From IMG/VR virus record IMGVR_UViG_3300048878_000193, positions 1 through 42,947 of that record: a stretch of 42,947 nt of DNA. One strand, written 5' to 3'. The notes under the pieces are model-generated. The model had not been told where the DNA came from, made no database searches, and saw nothing but the letters and a program-made list of their open reading frames with translations. How positions within the stretch are numbered: position 1 is the stretch's first letter; each line of letters opens with the position of its first letter. This stretch comes from a virus. Its lineage: Duplodnaviria > Caudoviricetes. This document shows positions 18,099-26,747 of the stretch, piece by piece. Position numbers and translations under genes: made by a program.

Positions 18099-18524
18099 AT
18101 GCCGAGCTTACGGAACTACCGGCGCGGCTGGTGGGCGACCGTGTTCGCCGACTTCGAGGCCGCTGTTAGATGGTGGGCGATGTTCAACACCGAGGTGGGA
18201 TATACAACCGACGAGGCAATCGAGCTCGCCGTGTCCTGGGCGACCAAACACGGCTATCACCCGGAGGGCTACCAACCAGTGACGTATTCAGGCAGCAAGA
18301 TAAAAGATATCAAGGCGCAGAACCGCATCGAGGATGTGGCGGCGCGACTCACCGAACTCCGCGGGAACGGCAAGGCGATGCGCGGGAAATGTCCGATCCA
18401 CAAAGGGAATAACCCCGGCGCGTTCGTTGTCTGGCCTGAAATCCAGCGTGCCAAATGCTACAACTGCGGCTTCAGCGGCGACGTTATCGACCTGATGAAA
18501 GTATCGGGAATAGATGCCAAATAA
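18099..18524 (+). CDS. CHC2 (DnaG-type) zinc-finger protein
   Basis: IEDVAARLTEL...GKCPIH...F...CYNCGFSGDVIDL; start uncertain (18048-18099). Confidence 0.85.
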   Translation: MPSLRNYRRGWWATVFADFEAAVRWWAMFNTEVGYTTDEAIELAVSWATKHGYHPEGYQPVTYSGSKIKDIKAQNRIEDVAARLTELRGNGKAMRGKCPIHKGNNPGAFVVWPEIQRAKCYNCGFSGDVIDLMKVSGIDAK

Positions 18525-19977
18525 ATCTCTGAATGAAATGATGAAAGACAACGGCTATCAGTCGGACGAGGCACCGACGAATGAGCCGGAAGTAGACGTA
18601 GCTTCCAACGGTGATATCAACATCACCTACCCCGATCGATTCATTCGGTTCAACGTCACATCGATCACGAAACAGCGGCGCCGGTACGATGCGTTCGTAT
18701 CAGTGTTGTTCAAGCCCATCCCTGACCGTCCAGCGCGTCGCCTGATCGCTGACACCCACGTCGATTTATCATCGACTAACAGCAAAGCCGGGGTAGTCCG
18801 GTCGCTCAAAAACCTGCGTCAAGAAGAATGGGCGACCATGATCGAGCAGGTCGCCTCGGCGGTTCAAGATAACTGGCAGAACGGTGAAACAGCGATACGG
18901 CTCGCAGATGTGCCGAACCCAGGCGAGATTGATTACCTCGTTCGGCCACTCTTACAAACCGATGAGCATACGGTGATCTTCGGGCCGGGTGGATCCGGTA
19001 AGTCCATCACCGTGCTAGGAATCGGCCTAACCGTGGCAACTCAGGCCGTCATTGTCCCGAAGCTCGTCCCGCATCATCAGGGGCCAGTTCTGTATCTCGA
19101 TTGGGAGCGATCATCCCGACCGCACCGTTTCCGATTCTCTCAACTCGCAGCCGGCGCTGGATTAGAGCTCACGCGAGATTTGCATTACAAGCGCATGGTC
19201 GGATCATTGGCTGATGCTGGCGAGGAAATTAAACACTACTGCGGCGAGCACGGAATCATCCTGTGCATCGCGGACTCGGTAGGCATGGCTGTCGGTGGTG
19301 AGATATCCGATGAAGCCGCCGTGATGGGGTACTTCAACGCCGCCCGGTATGTTGGCGGAACCTGGCTGTCCATCGCCCACGTCCCAAAAGAGGAATCCCG
19401 CGGTAAGCCGATCGGTTCGCAATACTGGTACACGCAGCCGCAAGGCGGAACCTACGAAATCTTAGGCGACACGCCCGAGGGCTCCAACATTCTGAGCTTG
19501 ACCATGATTCACCAGAAAACAAATGACGAGCGGAATCCGACGCTCGGGTGGAATGTGGAATTTAGCAACGGGTCTGTGAGATATCACGACGCGGACCCAA
19601 TGGACACGACAACGGATATGACCAAAATCCCAGCGACCGTTCGGATCGAGGCGGTACTGGATAAGCCTATGACCGCCGCGGAAATCGCCTCCGAAACCGG
19701 CATCGCCGCGGCGCAAGTGACCAACTCCCTGAAGCGTAATTCCAGTCGTTTTGTCAAATATGGTTCAGGCCGACCCCAAAGATGGGCCAAAGCAACCCGA
19801 TTTGAACCTGAATTGTCAGACAATAAAAGACAATTGTCACCGGATACCGGGGGTGAAATTGTCAACACCCCCCCTAAAGGGGGTGGGTTAAATGACAATA
19901 TCCCCCGAACCAGCCATGTACCCAGAGAAGAGATAGAACCGACCCCACCAATCAATGACGAGGTACTACCGTGGTGA
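18514..19977 (+). CDS. AAA/RecA-like (RepA-type) replicative helicase with probable C-terminal HTH
   Basis: GPGGSGKS Walker A, VLYLDWE, IADS Walker B; follows the primase Zn-finger gene. Confidence 0.85.
   Translation: MPNKSLNEMMKDNGYQSDEAPTNEPEVDVASNGDINITYPDRFIRFNVTSITKQRRRYDAFVSVLFKPIPDRPARRLIADTHVDLSSTNSKAGVVRSLKNLRQEEWATMIEQVASAVQDNWQNGETAIRLADVPNPGEIDYLVRPLLQTDEHTVIFGPGGSGKSITVLGIGLTVATQAVIVPKLVPHHQGPVLYLDWERSSRPHRFRFSQLAAGAGLELTRDLHYKRMVGSLADAGEEIKHYCGEHGIILCIADSVGMAVGGEISDEAAVMGYFNAARYVGGTWLSIAHVPKEESRGKPIGSQYWYTQPQGGTYEILGDTPEGSNILSLTMIHQKTNDERNPTLGWNVEFSNGSVRYHDADPMDTTTDMTKIPATVRIEAVLDKPMTAAEIASETGIAAAQVTNSLKRNSSRFVKYGSGRPQRWAKATRFEPELSDNKRQLSPDTGGEIVNTPPKGGGLNDNIPRTSHVPREEIEPTPPINDEVLPW
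19811..19900. other. Putative replication origin (ATTGTC/GACAAT iteron cluster)
   Basis: Six ATTGTC/GACAAT copies plus a C-run/G-run inverted repeat in 90 bp at the 3' end of the helicase gene. Confidence 0.5.
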
Positions 19978-20252
19978 CGACCGCCAACGACCGCTACGGA
20001 ACCGCAGAGGGTGTAGCCGCAGACCTCAAGTGGATCTACCTCGCGTGGGAAAAAATCAGAGACACGCCGTTCAACATGGTCGATAACACCAGCGACAAGG
20101 ACGTGGCCGCTTGGGACCGGTTCGAGGCGAGGTGGACAGCCGTTGAGCACAGCGAGGCGGCGCTACGGCTGATCGGCTTTGAGGGGTGCGTGTTCAGCCC
20201 TCGCCGGTGCCGAAAAGAACAGCCGATTTTGTGTCAGGCGTGCCAAAGCTAA
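19971..20252 (+). CDS. Hypothetical protein
   Basis: GAGGT RBS; C-terminal Cys cluster. Confidence 0.7.
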   Translation: MVTTANDRYGTAEGVAADLKWIYLAWEKIRDTPFNMVDNTSDKDVAAWDRFEARWTAVEHSEAALRLIGFEGCVFSPRRCRKEQPILCQACQS

Positions 20253-20327
20253 CTTGACATCCATGTTATGATGATGATGAGCGTTTAGCTCAACAACCTA
20301 CCCAGAAACCTCGAGGAACCTACCCTC

Positions 20328-20549
20328 ATGGCGCACAAGAAACACAGTTGGACGTTCTGGAGTGTGGAACTCGAACCCGGTCGCAATCGCATCAATGCCG
20401 CGCATGTTCATTGGACGTGTCGGTGTGGGAAAGCGACAGAGCGCACATACAACTTCCGCAAGCCATCACCGACCGCTGAGACTGCCGGTACGCGTGAGCG
20501 GACGTTGTTGCAAAAAGAGTTGGCTGAATGGCCTAATCAGGAAGGGTAA
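20328..20549 (+). CDS. Hypothetical protein
   Basis: GAGGA RBS. Confidence 0.65.
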   Translation: MAHKKHSWTFWSVELEPGRNRINAAHVHWTCRCGKATERTYNFRKPSPTAETAGTRERTLLQKELAEWPNQEG

Positions 20550-20558
20550 GGACAACCT

Positions 20559-20747
20559 ATGAAGATCACGATTGAACTCGAGCCCGAAGTCGCGGAACAC
20601 CTCATCGGAGATTTGTGCGAGGCCGGCGAAATGAAGCCTTGCGGAGTTTCTGAAATAGTCATGTGGGCTGTTCGGGAGGCAGTACGTGAAGAGATTGTGC
20701 CGATCGAAGTGGTCCGCGCCATCCAGGAGGGTAAGAACAACCTATGA
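20559..20747 (+). CDS. Small hypothetical protein (possible ribbon-helix-helix)
   Basis: MKITIELEPEV beta-strand start followed by helices. Confidence 0.6.
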   Translation: MKITIELEPEVAEHLIGDLCEAGEMKPCGVSEIVMWAVREAVREEIVPIEVVRAIQEGKNNL

Positions 20748-20938
20748 AAGTTCTCTGTTGGGGCTGCGCTTCTGGGCGCAATCATTCGTGGGACCGTCGC
20801 AATCGCAAGAAAGACCCGTACCTTTGCCCGCGCAAGATTAAACAGTTCGTGAGCGCAACAGGCCCGAACGCGGGATATCTGATCTATGACTGCGAGTGCA
20901 TTTGCGTCAAGCCGAAAAAGGTGCCGAATGAAACATAG
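20744..20938 (+). CDS. Small Cys-rich hypothetical protein
   Basis: GGAGG upstream, ATGA overlap. Confidence 0.6.
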   Translation: MKVLCWGCASGRNHSWDRRNRKKDPYLCPRKIKQFVSATGPNAGYLIYDCECICVKPKKVPNET

Positions 20939-21047
20939 TGAAGTGAAGTGCCACCTATGCGGACACGTTTGGTGTCCGCGCAAACCAAACCCCGTAAGCT
21001 GCCCGAAATGCAAGCGTTACGACTGGAATGAGGACAAGTCCAAATGA
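20928..21047 (+). CDS. 39-aa Zn-ribbon protein (below track cutoff)
   Basis: MKHSEVKCHLCGHVWCPRKPNPVSCPKCKRYDWNEDKSK; stop overlaps next ATG. Confidence 0.7.
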   Translation: MKHSEVKCHLCGHVWCPRKPNPVSCPKCKRYDWNEDKSK

Positions 21048-21301
21048 CAATGTTAGAGCAACTTCTGGAACAGCAATCTCGACAAGACCAGACTGGCGCA
21101 GCATCCAGTGTCGAAATCGCGACCAACGCTAAAGGGCTCGCTCAGGTCAAAGTCAAGGTGTACAACCCGTTCAGCGACGTTGAAAGCATGGAAGAGTTCG
21201 AGATCCAACTCGGCAACCTCGCTGACATCGCTGTACGGCTGCGGCAGTACGCCATCGAGAAGGTCCGCGAAGAGGGCGGCAAGGTGGTGGGCGACGAATG
21301 A
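21044..21301 (+). CDS. Hypothetical protein
   Basis: GAGGA RBS, overlaps at both ends. Confidence 0.7.
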   Translation: MTMLEQLLEQQSRQDQTGAASSVEIATNAKGLAQVKVKVYNPFSDVESMEEFEIQLGNLADIAVRLRQYAIEKVREEGGKVVGDE

Positions 21302-22200
21302 GCCTCGCACACGAGCGCACACGCGAGCGGGACAAATCCACCGACGACTCCCAAACACACCGATACATGACCGGCCAGCCAGTGGCGGCAGCGATCGACA
21401 CGCACATGCGCCGGCAGTACGGCGAAAGGAAAGCCATGACTCAAGAAGTAGGAATCGTCACCCGGGAAGATGCCCAAATAGCACAGAACGACTGGGGCAA
21501 ATCTTTCGGCCCACTGTTCAACCAGCAGTCAACGGCCTTGCAGCTAGCCCACCTGCACAAGACCGGATTCAACCCCGGACACATCGACCTGGTTCACGGC
21601 AACCTGTTCGTCAACATCAAGGGGCTGGAGTGGCACGCACGCCAGAAACTCGGCAATACGTTTGGCGCCGTCGCGCAGCCGATTGTCCTGGAGGGCGCAG
21701 AGAAAACCGCACGCGGCGGCAAGGATCACGAGATCGCCGTACTCGTCAACTACTACGGGCGACACCCAGCCACCGGCAACCTTGAGCTTGAAATGGAAGC
21801 CGCCCAGGGATTCGGGCGAGCCTCTACGGTCAAGGGCAAAGAGGTGATCGCAGGATCCTCGGTCGAGGCGCAGCACCCGTACAAAATGGCGGTCAAGCGC
21901 GCCAAAGCAGAGCTCTACCGGGAGATCGCTCCAATCGGCATCGACATAGGTGTTGCCGATGAGGGCTACGAGATTGCGCCGGCCAGCGTCACAGTCGAGG
22001 AAACACCGCGCATCCAACTGGAAGAGCCCGAAGCCGAAGAGGTGTTCGGCTGTTCTACCGAGGACTGTGACGAAATTGCGGTCACGAACATCGACGGTAT
22101 GCACTACTGCTCGGAACACTCCGCTGCGGTGATCGCATCGACCACGGAAGAGGACGCAACACCTGACATCGACGACGGCCAGAAAACATTGGAGTGGTAA
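21298..22200 (+). CDS. Probable single-strand annealing recombinase (RecT/Bet-like)
   Basis: LFVNIKGL...GFGRAS...PYKMAVKRAKAELYR pattern, acidic tail, adjacent to sbcCD; could start at 21436. Confidence 0.6.
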   Translation: MSLAHERTRERDKSTDDSQTHRYMTGQPVAAAIDTHMRRQYGERKAMTQEVGIVTREDAQIAQNDWGKSFGPLFNQQSTALQLAHLHKTGFNPGHIDLVHGNLFVNIKGLEWHARQKLGNTFGAVAQPIVLEGAEKTARGGKDHEIAVLVNYYGRHPATGNLELEMEAAQGFGRASTVKGKEVIAGSSVEAQHPYKMAVKRAKAELYREIAPIGIDIGVADEGYEIAPASVTVEETPRIQLEEPEAEEVFGCSTEDCDEIAVTNIDGMHYCSEHSAAVIASTTEEDATPDIDDGQKTLEW

Positions 22201-24225
22201 ATGAAAATCACCCGCATCCGGGCGCACAACCTACGGCAACTCAGGGACGTGGACGTAACAATCCCTGACGGACTCAGCCTAGTTGTGGGACCGAACGACA
22301 CCGGTAAGACGACCCTGCTCTGCATCGCCTCACGCTGGGCGCTCTGGGGCGCTCACGCGGTGCCGTCACAAAACAGACAGGTCACATACGGCGAGTCCGA
22401 TATGGAAGTCGATGCTTACTTCCTGCTGAACGGACTGCACTACCACGTCAAGCGCCGACTACATCTGACCGACAGTGGCCGACCAACCGTGGCCCTGCAC
22501 TTTGAGCAGGTTGGAGAAAATCTCACTCAAGGCACGATCCGAGAAACACAAGCCAGCATCGACAGCCTCATCGGGACATACGAGACGTTCCGCATGACGG
22601 CCTACGTCGATCAGGTCGAGGGGCCAGGTGACTTTCTCAAGCGCACACCCGCAGATCAGCGCGAGGTGCTGCGTGAACTACTAGCCCTGGGCGACTGGGA
22701 CGCGTGGCACGAGGATGCGAAAGAGAACGCTGCCGCACTCGGGCTGGCCGTCAGCATGGGCGAGTCACGCCTTGAGGTAATGCGCGCCGATATCGAGAAC
22801 ATCCCAGGCGCACGCAGAAATCTCGCGACGGCTGAAGTGTCCGTTACCAACGCAGAAACGGCTCTCCGTGTCTCTGAGGCCGCTAAAACAAAGGCTGACA
22901 GGGCAGTTGACGAGCTCTTCCGACAGCACCTCGCACATGAACAGGCGATTCGCTCCATCGAGCAGGTTGGTGCGCGGCTTGTCACGCTGGACGAGTTGCA
23001 TCGTAAAGCGAACAACCTTGTGGCCGCGGACAACGCGCTGATTGAAGCCAACGACGAGATTAAGCGTGCGTGGGAAGAGCAGGAGGAAGAGCAGGATGAA
23101 TGGGAGGTTGAACGAGATAACGTAGCCTTCCGTAACCAACAAATCCAGAAGCGCAACCGTGAAGCTCGCGACGATTACAGCAAGCGTGCTAACGCCGTAT
23201 CCACCGAAGTCTCGCGAATCCAGAAAGAACATTCCGGCCGTGAGGCAGTACGCAAGGCCGCGGCGAAGTGTCCCGAGTGTGGTCAACCGATCAACGCGCC
23301 TGACGCGCTCGCCCCGATCATGCCCGAACCGGCCAAGCTCGCCGACACTGAGGAACTGCTACCGGTCCCGCCGCAGCCGACCATCATGGGCGACATCATC
23401 ACCCTGCACGACCAGTGGCTACGCGTAGGCGAGCGTTCGCAGGAACACGCGGAGGATCTGCACAAGGTTCTGAGCGAGGTAGAAGAGGCAACCGCTGACC
23501 GGCAGGTACTTGAGGACGAAATGCCAGAGGACACCGACCCTGACGTGGCAGAACAGGGGCGAGGATTCGCACGAGAACTTGCACGGAAACAGATATGGCA
23601 AAGGGAAGATCTCAACGATGCGAACGTCGAAAAGGGCAAGGCAGGGTCGGTTCTGGCGCAGTTACTCAAGATCGAAGAGGACACCGGCTACCTAGCAGAC
23701 GAGATCGAACAGGATCGGGAGGCGCTACGCCTTGCCGAACTCCTGGCCGAAGCGTTCTCCCCCGGTGGCACACGTCAACTCATGCTGGATCAGGCACTCC
23801 ACGAGCTTGAGGCGGCGGCGAACATCGCTCTCGCTACTCTCATGCCTGGGTTCTCCGTACACAGTGGTACGCAATCCGAGACAGGCGTTGAAACTCTTGA
23901 GTTTATGATCCGCACACCTGCGGGTCTGCTGACGTGGGCTGATCTGGGCGGAGCTGCATCGGTGGCCGTGGCCCTTGCAGTACGCATCGGGCTAATGGAT
24001 TTACTCGCGAAGTATCGAGGCGTGCGCTATGAGCACATGATCCTCGATGAAGCGGACTCGTGGCTCGTGGGCGAGCGTCAAGACGGCTACGTGCGGTTGC
24101 TTCAACGACTCGTTGAGTCTCGGGGTATGACCGTCACGGCTATTTCACACATCGCAAGCGTTCAGGAGACGATCGGACAACAGATCGTGCTCACCCCGGG
24201 CGCAGAGGGAACGGTGGTCGTGTGA
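22201..24225 (+). CDS. sbcC: SbcC/Rad50-like SMC ATPase
   Basis: GPNDTGKTT, coiled coils, CPECGQ Zn hook, ILDEAD, ISH. Confidence 0.92.
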   Translation: MKITRIRAHNLRQLRDVDVTIPDGLSLVVGPNDTGKTTLLCIASRWALWGAHAVPSQNRQVTYGESDMEVDAYFLLNGLHYHVKRRLHLTDSGRPTVALHFEQVGENLTQGTIRETQASIDSLIGTYETFRMTAYVDQVEGPGDFLKRTPADQREVLRELLALGDWDAWHEDAKENAAALGLAVSMGESRLEVMRADIENIPGARRNLATAEVSVTNAETALRVSEAAKTKADRAVDELFRQHLAHEQAIRSIEQVGARLVTLDELHRKANNLVAADNALIEANDEIKRAWEEQEEEQDEWEVERDNVAFRNQQIQKRNREARDDYSKRANAVSTEVSRIQKEHSGREAVRKAAAKCPECGQPINAPDALAPIMPEPAKLADTEELLPVPPQPTIMGDIITLHDQWLRVGERSQEHAEDLHKVLSEVEEATADRQVLEDEMPEDTDPDVAEQGRGFARELARKQIWQREDLNDANVEKGKAGSVLAQLLKIEEDTGYLADEIEQDREALRLAELLAEAFSPGGTRQLMLDQALHELEAAANIALATLMPGFSVHSGTQSETGVETLEFMIRTPAGLLTWADLGGAASVAVALAVRIGLMDLLAKYRGVRYEHMILDEADSWLVGERQDGYVRLLQRLVESRGMTVTAISHIASVQETIGQQIVLTPGAEGTVVV

Positions 24226-24629
24226 CACATGACCACGAGTTCCGAGGGTATCCAACCTGCTACTGCGGCGAAGCTAATCCTGAGTGGGTCGAAGAGTTAA
24301 CAGCAGATCTTGACAGTATCAGCCTTACGAATGTTCCAGAGACGTACGCTGCCGGCCTACGGGACACGTCAAGAATTGCGTTTCACTCAACGGATCGGAA
24401 GTCAATGCGTGCCAACGTCTACCGGTTCTTTCTTGAGTGCGGGTACACCGGCGCAACTGCGGATGAGGTTGTCGTGAAATTCGATCCATCAATGACGCTC
24501 ACCACCTCCTATGCTCCCCGAGTAACCGAGTTAATGCGTGAGGGATTATTGATACGAACGGAGCGGCGACGAAAGACAACAAAGGGCCGACCTGCAATCG
24601 TTTACCGAGCTATCACAAAGGAACAATGA
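24222..24629 (+). CDS. Winged-HTH protein
   Basis: GATADEV...PRVTELMREGLL...RRKT..GRPAIVY. Confidence 0.75.
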   Translation: MTHDHEFRGYPTCYCGEANPEWVEELTADLDSISLTNVPETYAAGLRDTSRIAFHSTDRKSMRANVYRFFLECGYTGATADEVVVKFDPSMTLTTSYAPRVTELMREGLLIRTERRRKTTKGRPAIVYRAITKEQ

Positions 24630-25834
24630 TGAAAGACCACTACCGAATCCTGATCGTCGCAGACACGCACATCGGCGCCGAGCGCCGGCCCTGGCTGCGA
24701 AAGGTAGGCGTGACACCCGAGCAGTACGACGCGCCGCTGCGTGAGGCGGTCAAATGGTTCAGGGACAACGCTGCCGATATGTTGATCGTCGCTGGCGATG
24801 TGTTCGATCAGCGCAACCCGCTCCCGGGCGACTACGCACGAGCGCAGAAGATATACCCAGCAAACACGGTCTACGTCGCCGGCAACCACGACATTTCAGC
24901 GCAGGGCGACGTCAACGCGCTCTGGTGGAGCGACGGATACGCCATGAGCGGTCGGCCGAGTTTGATTGAGCCGTACGGAACGGCGAGGAACCCAGGCGTG
25001 CAGATCGTGTGCCTACCGTGGCCGCGACCGTCCGATTACAACGCTGACAAGATTACCGGATGGACGATCAGGGAAGAGATCGCCCGAACCAGACAAGCGA
25101 TTCTTGAAGATTTGAATGACATCGCTGTTAACGACATCGACCAGACACGCCCTGCGATCCTCGTAGGCCACGCGATGGTGAGCTATGGCAACACGACACC
25201 GGACGACCCCGGCCTCATGCTGGGCAAGGATGTGGTGCTGCCGTACGAGTCGCTGACGAGTCTCCCGAACATCGGTGGCGTCTACCTGGGCCACGTCCAC
25301 GACCCGAGCTCTCCCGCTTACGTGGGCAGCACGCAGCCGACGGACTGGGGCGAGGCCGATCAGGTCAAGAGCTTCACGGTGGTGGACATCACAAAGGTGG
25401 ACCCTGACAGCCTGTTCATTCAGTCTGCGGCAGATCTAATACAAGAAGTTGGAGAGCCAATCATCGTCAACGGTTGGCGATACATCACCCGCCAGATCCC
25501 GTACACAACGTCGCTCAAACTGGCAACTGTCAGTAATGAGGACTACGAATTGGCCGGCGACTACGATGGCGTGCGTTTGACGTGGACGGTGCGTGAGGGC
25601 GACGACCCTGAACAACTCGCTATCGCCGAACGAGCTCTGCGGGATCAGCACCCCTACGTCGAGGTGATCGTGGAGCACGAGGTCAAGCGTGCGGCAAGGG
25701 TCGAGACGATCGAGCCACTAGCGAAGATGAGCCCTATGGACGCGCTTGGCGTATGGCTTGAGCAACGCGAGACACCCGGCGACGACCACAGGGCTGTCGA
25801 AATGATGGCGCACGAGATCATCAGCGATCAATAA
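24626..25834 (+). CDS. sbcD: SbcD/Mre11-like metallophosphoesterase nuclease
   Basis: ADTH, AGDVFD, GNHD, LVGH, LGHVH, YVGS. Confidence 0.92.
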   Translation: MMKDHYRILIVADTHIGAERRPWLRKVGVTPEQYDAPLREAVKWFRDNAADMLIVAGDVFDQRNPLPGDYARAQKIYPANTVYVAGNHDISAQGDVNALWWSDGYAMSGRPSLIEPYGTARNPGVQIVCLPWPRPSDYNADKITGWTIREEIARTRQAILEDLNDIAVNDIDQTRPAILVGHAMVSYGNTTPDDPGLMLGKDVVLPYESLTSLPNIGGVYLGHVHDPSSPAYVGSTQPTDWGEADQVKSFTVVDITKVDPDSLFIQSAADLIQEVGEPIIVNGWRYITRQIPYTTSLKLATVSNEDYELAGDYDGVRLTWTVREGDDPEQLAIAERALRDQHPYVEVIVEHEVKRAARVETIEPLAKMSPMDALGVWLEQRETPGDDHRAVEMMAHEIISDQ

Positions 25835-25850
25835 CGGATAGGAGTAGAGA

Positions 25851-26411
25851 ATGAGAGTATTCGCCATCGACCCCGGCCCTACGAAGTCTGGCTGGGTTTC
25901 TCTCGTGAACGGAGTCCCTGCCCTGTGGGGCTGGGAAGATAACGACGTTCTTATCGAGAAGCTGCAAGTGGCATGGGTGCAAGAGTCCACCCTTGTGATC
26001 GAGGACATCGGGAACTACGGCATGGCCGTCGGTCGAGATACGTTCGATACGTGCAAGTGGATGGGCCGGTTCGACCAGGCTCACGTAACCGACGCTATCT
26101 TCATCCCTCGCCCTACAATCAAGACGCACCTGTGCGGCGTGGCCTCTGCGAAAGACGGCAACGTGCGCCAAGCACTGATCGACCGCTTCGGCGGTGACGA
26201 GGTAGCGGTCGGCGGGAAGAAGTGTCACTCCTGTAAGGGGAAGGGCTGGAGGGGGGCTGGTCGCCCCGTATGCGAAGAGTGCAACGGCGACAAGTACGAG
26301 ACACCGCCGGGGATCCTGCACGGCGTCTCAGGCCACGCATGGAGCGCGCTAGCGGTCGGCGTTACTTACCTCGATCAGATATCCGTAGCAGTCAGCACCG
26401 ATGCCACTTAG
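25851..26411 (+). CDS. RuvC-like Holliday junction resolvase with Zn-finger insertion
   Basis: FAIDPG, VIE, K...K.NV, WSALAV; CHSCKGKG...CEECNG insert. Confidence 0.8.
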   Translation: MRVFAIDPGPTKSGWVSLVNGVPALWGWEDNDVLIEKLQVAWVQESTLVIEDIGNYGMAVGRDTFDTCKWMGRFDQAHVTDAIFIPRPTIKTHLCGVASAKDGNVRQALIDRFGGDEVAVGGKKCHSCKGKGWRGAGRPVCEECNGDKYETPPGILHGVSGHAWSALAVGVTYLDQISVAVSTDAT

Positions 26412-26417
26412 TCGTCG

Positions 26418-26744
26418 CTATTCGAGTGTGAACACCACGTCAGCCGAGTCACCGTCTGTATCTGCGTCCATATAAATATCAGCTACGTTAATGGCGCCGG
26501 TGTCGAAGTCGATCTTTTTTGCTACCCCTTTGGGCATCCTGTCGCTATACGCACGAGTCATATTACTGCGCCCCCAATACATAGCCGTGCCTGTATTGTC
26601 GGACCTGGGAGTGATCTCGATTGTGGTGATTCGGGAAGTCGCACCGCTCGCACGAACGAACGAATTGGCCGCGAGGCTGGCGGAGAGCTGTTGCGGCGTG
26701 CCGGCCGATGCAATCACGATGCTCATTACGTCGAAGTTAGCCAT
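26418..26744 (-). CDS. Hypothetical beta-rich protein, last gene of the late arm
   Basis: 108 aa directly after tatC. Confidence 0.7.
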   Translation of the reverse strand: MANFDVMSIVIASAGTPQQLSASLAANSFVRASGATSRITTIEITPRSDNTGTAMYWGRSNMTRAYSDRMPKGVAKKIDFDTGAINVADIYMDADTDGDSADVVFTLE

Positions 26745-26747
26745 TAC

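Noticed and set aside
20254-20280. TTGACA promoter with ATG triplet run
   Set aside because: Perfect -35, but TATGAT is only 7 nt away and there is no -10 at 16-18 nt spacing
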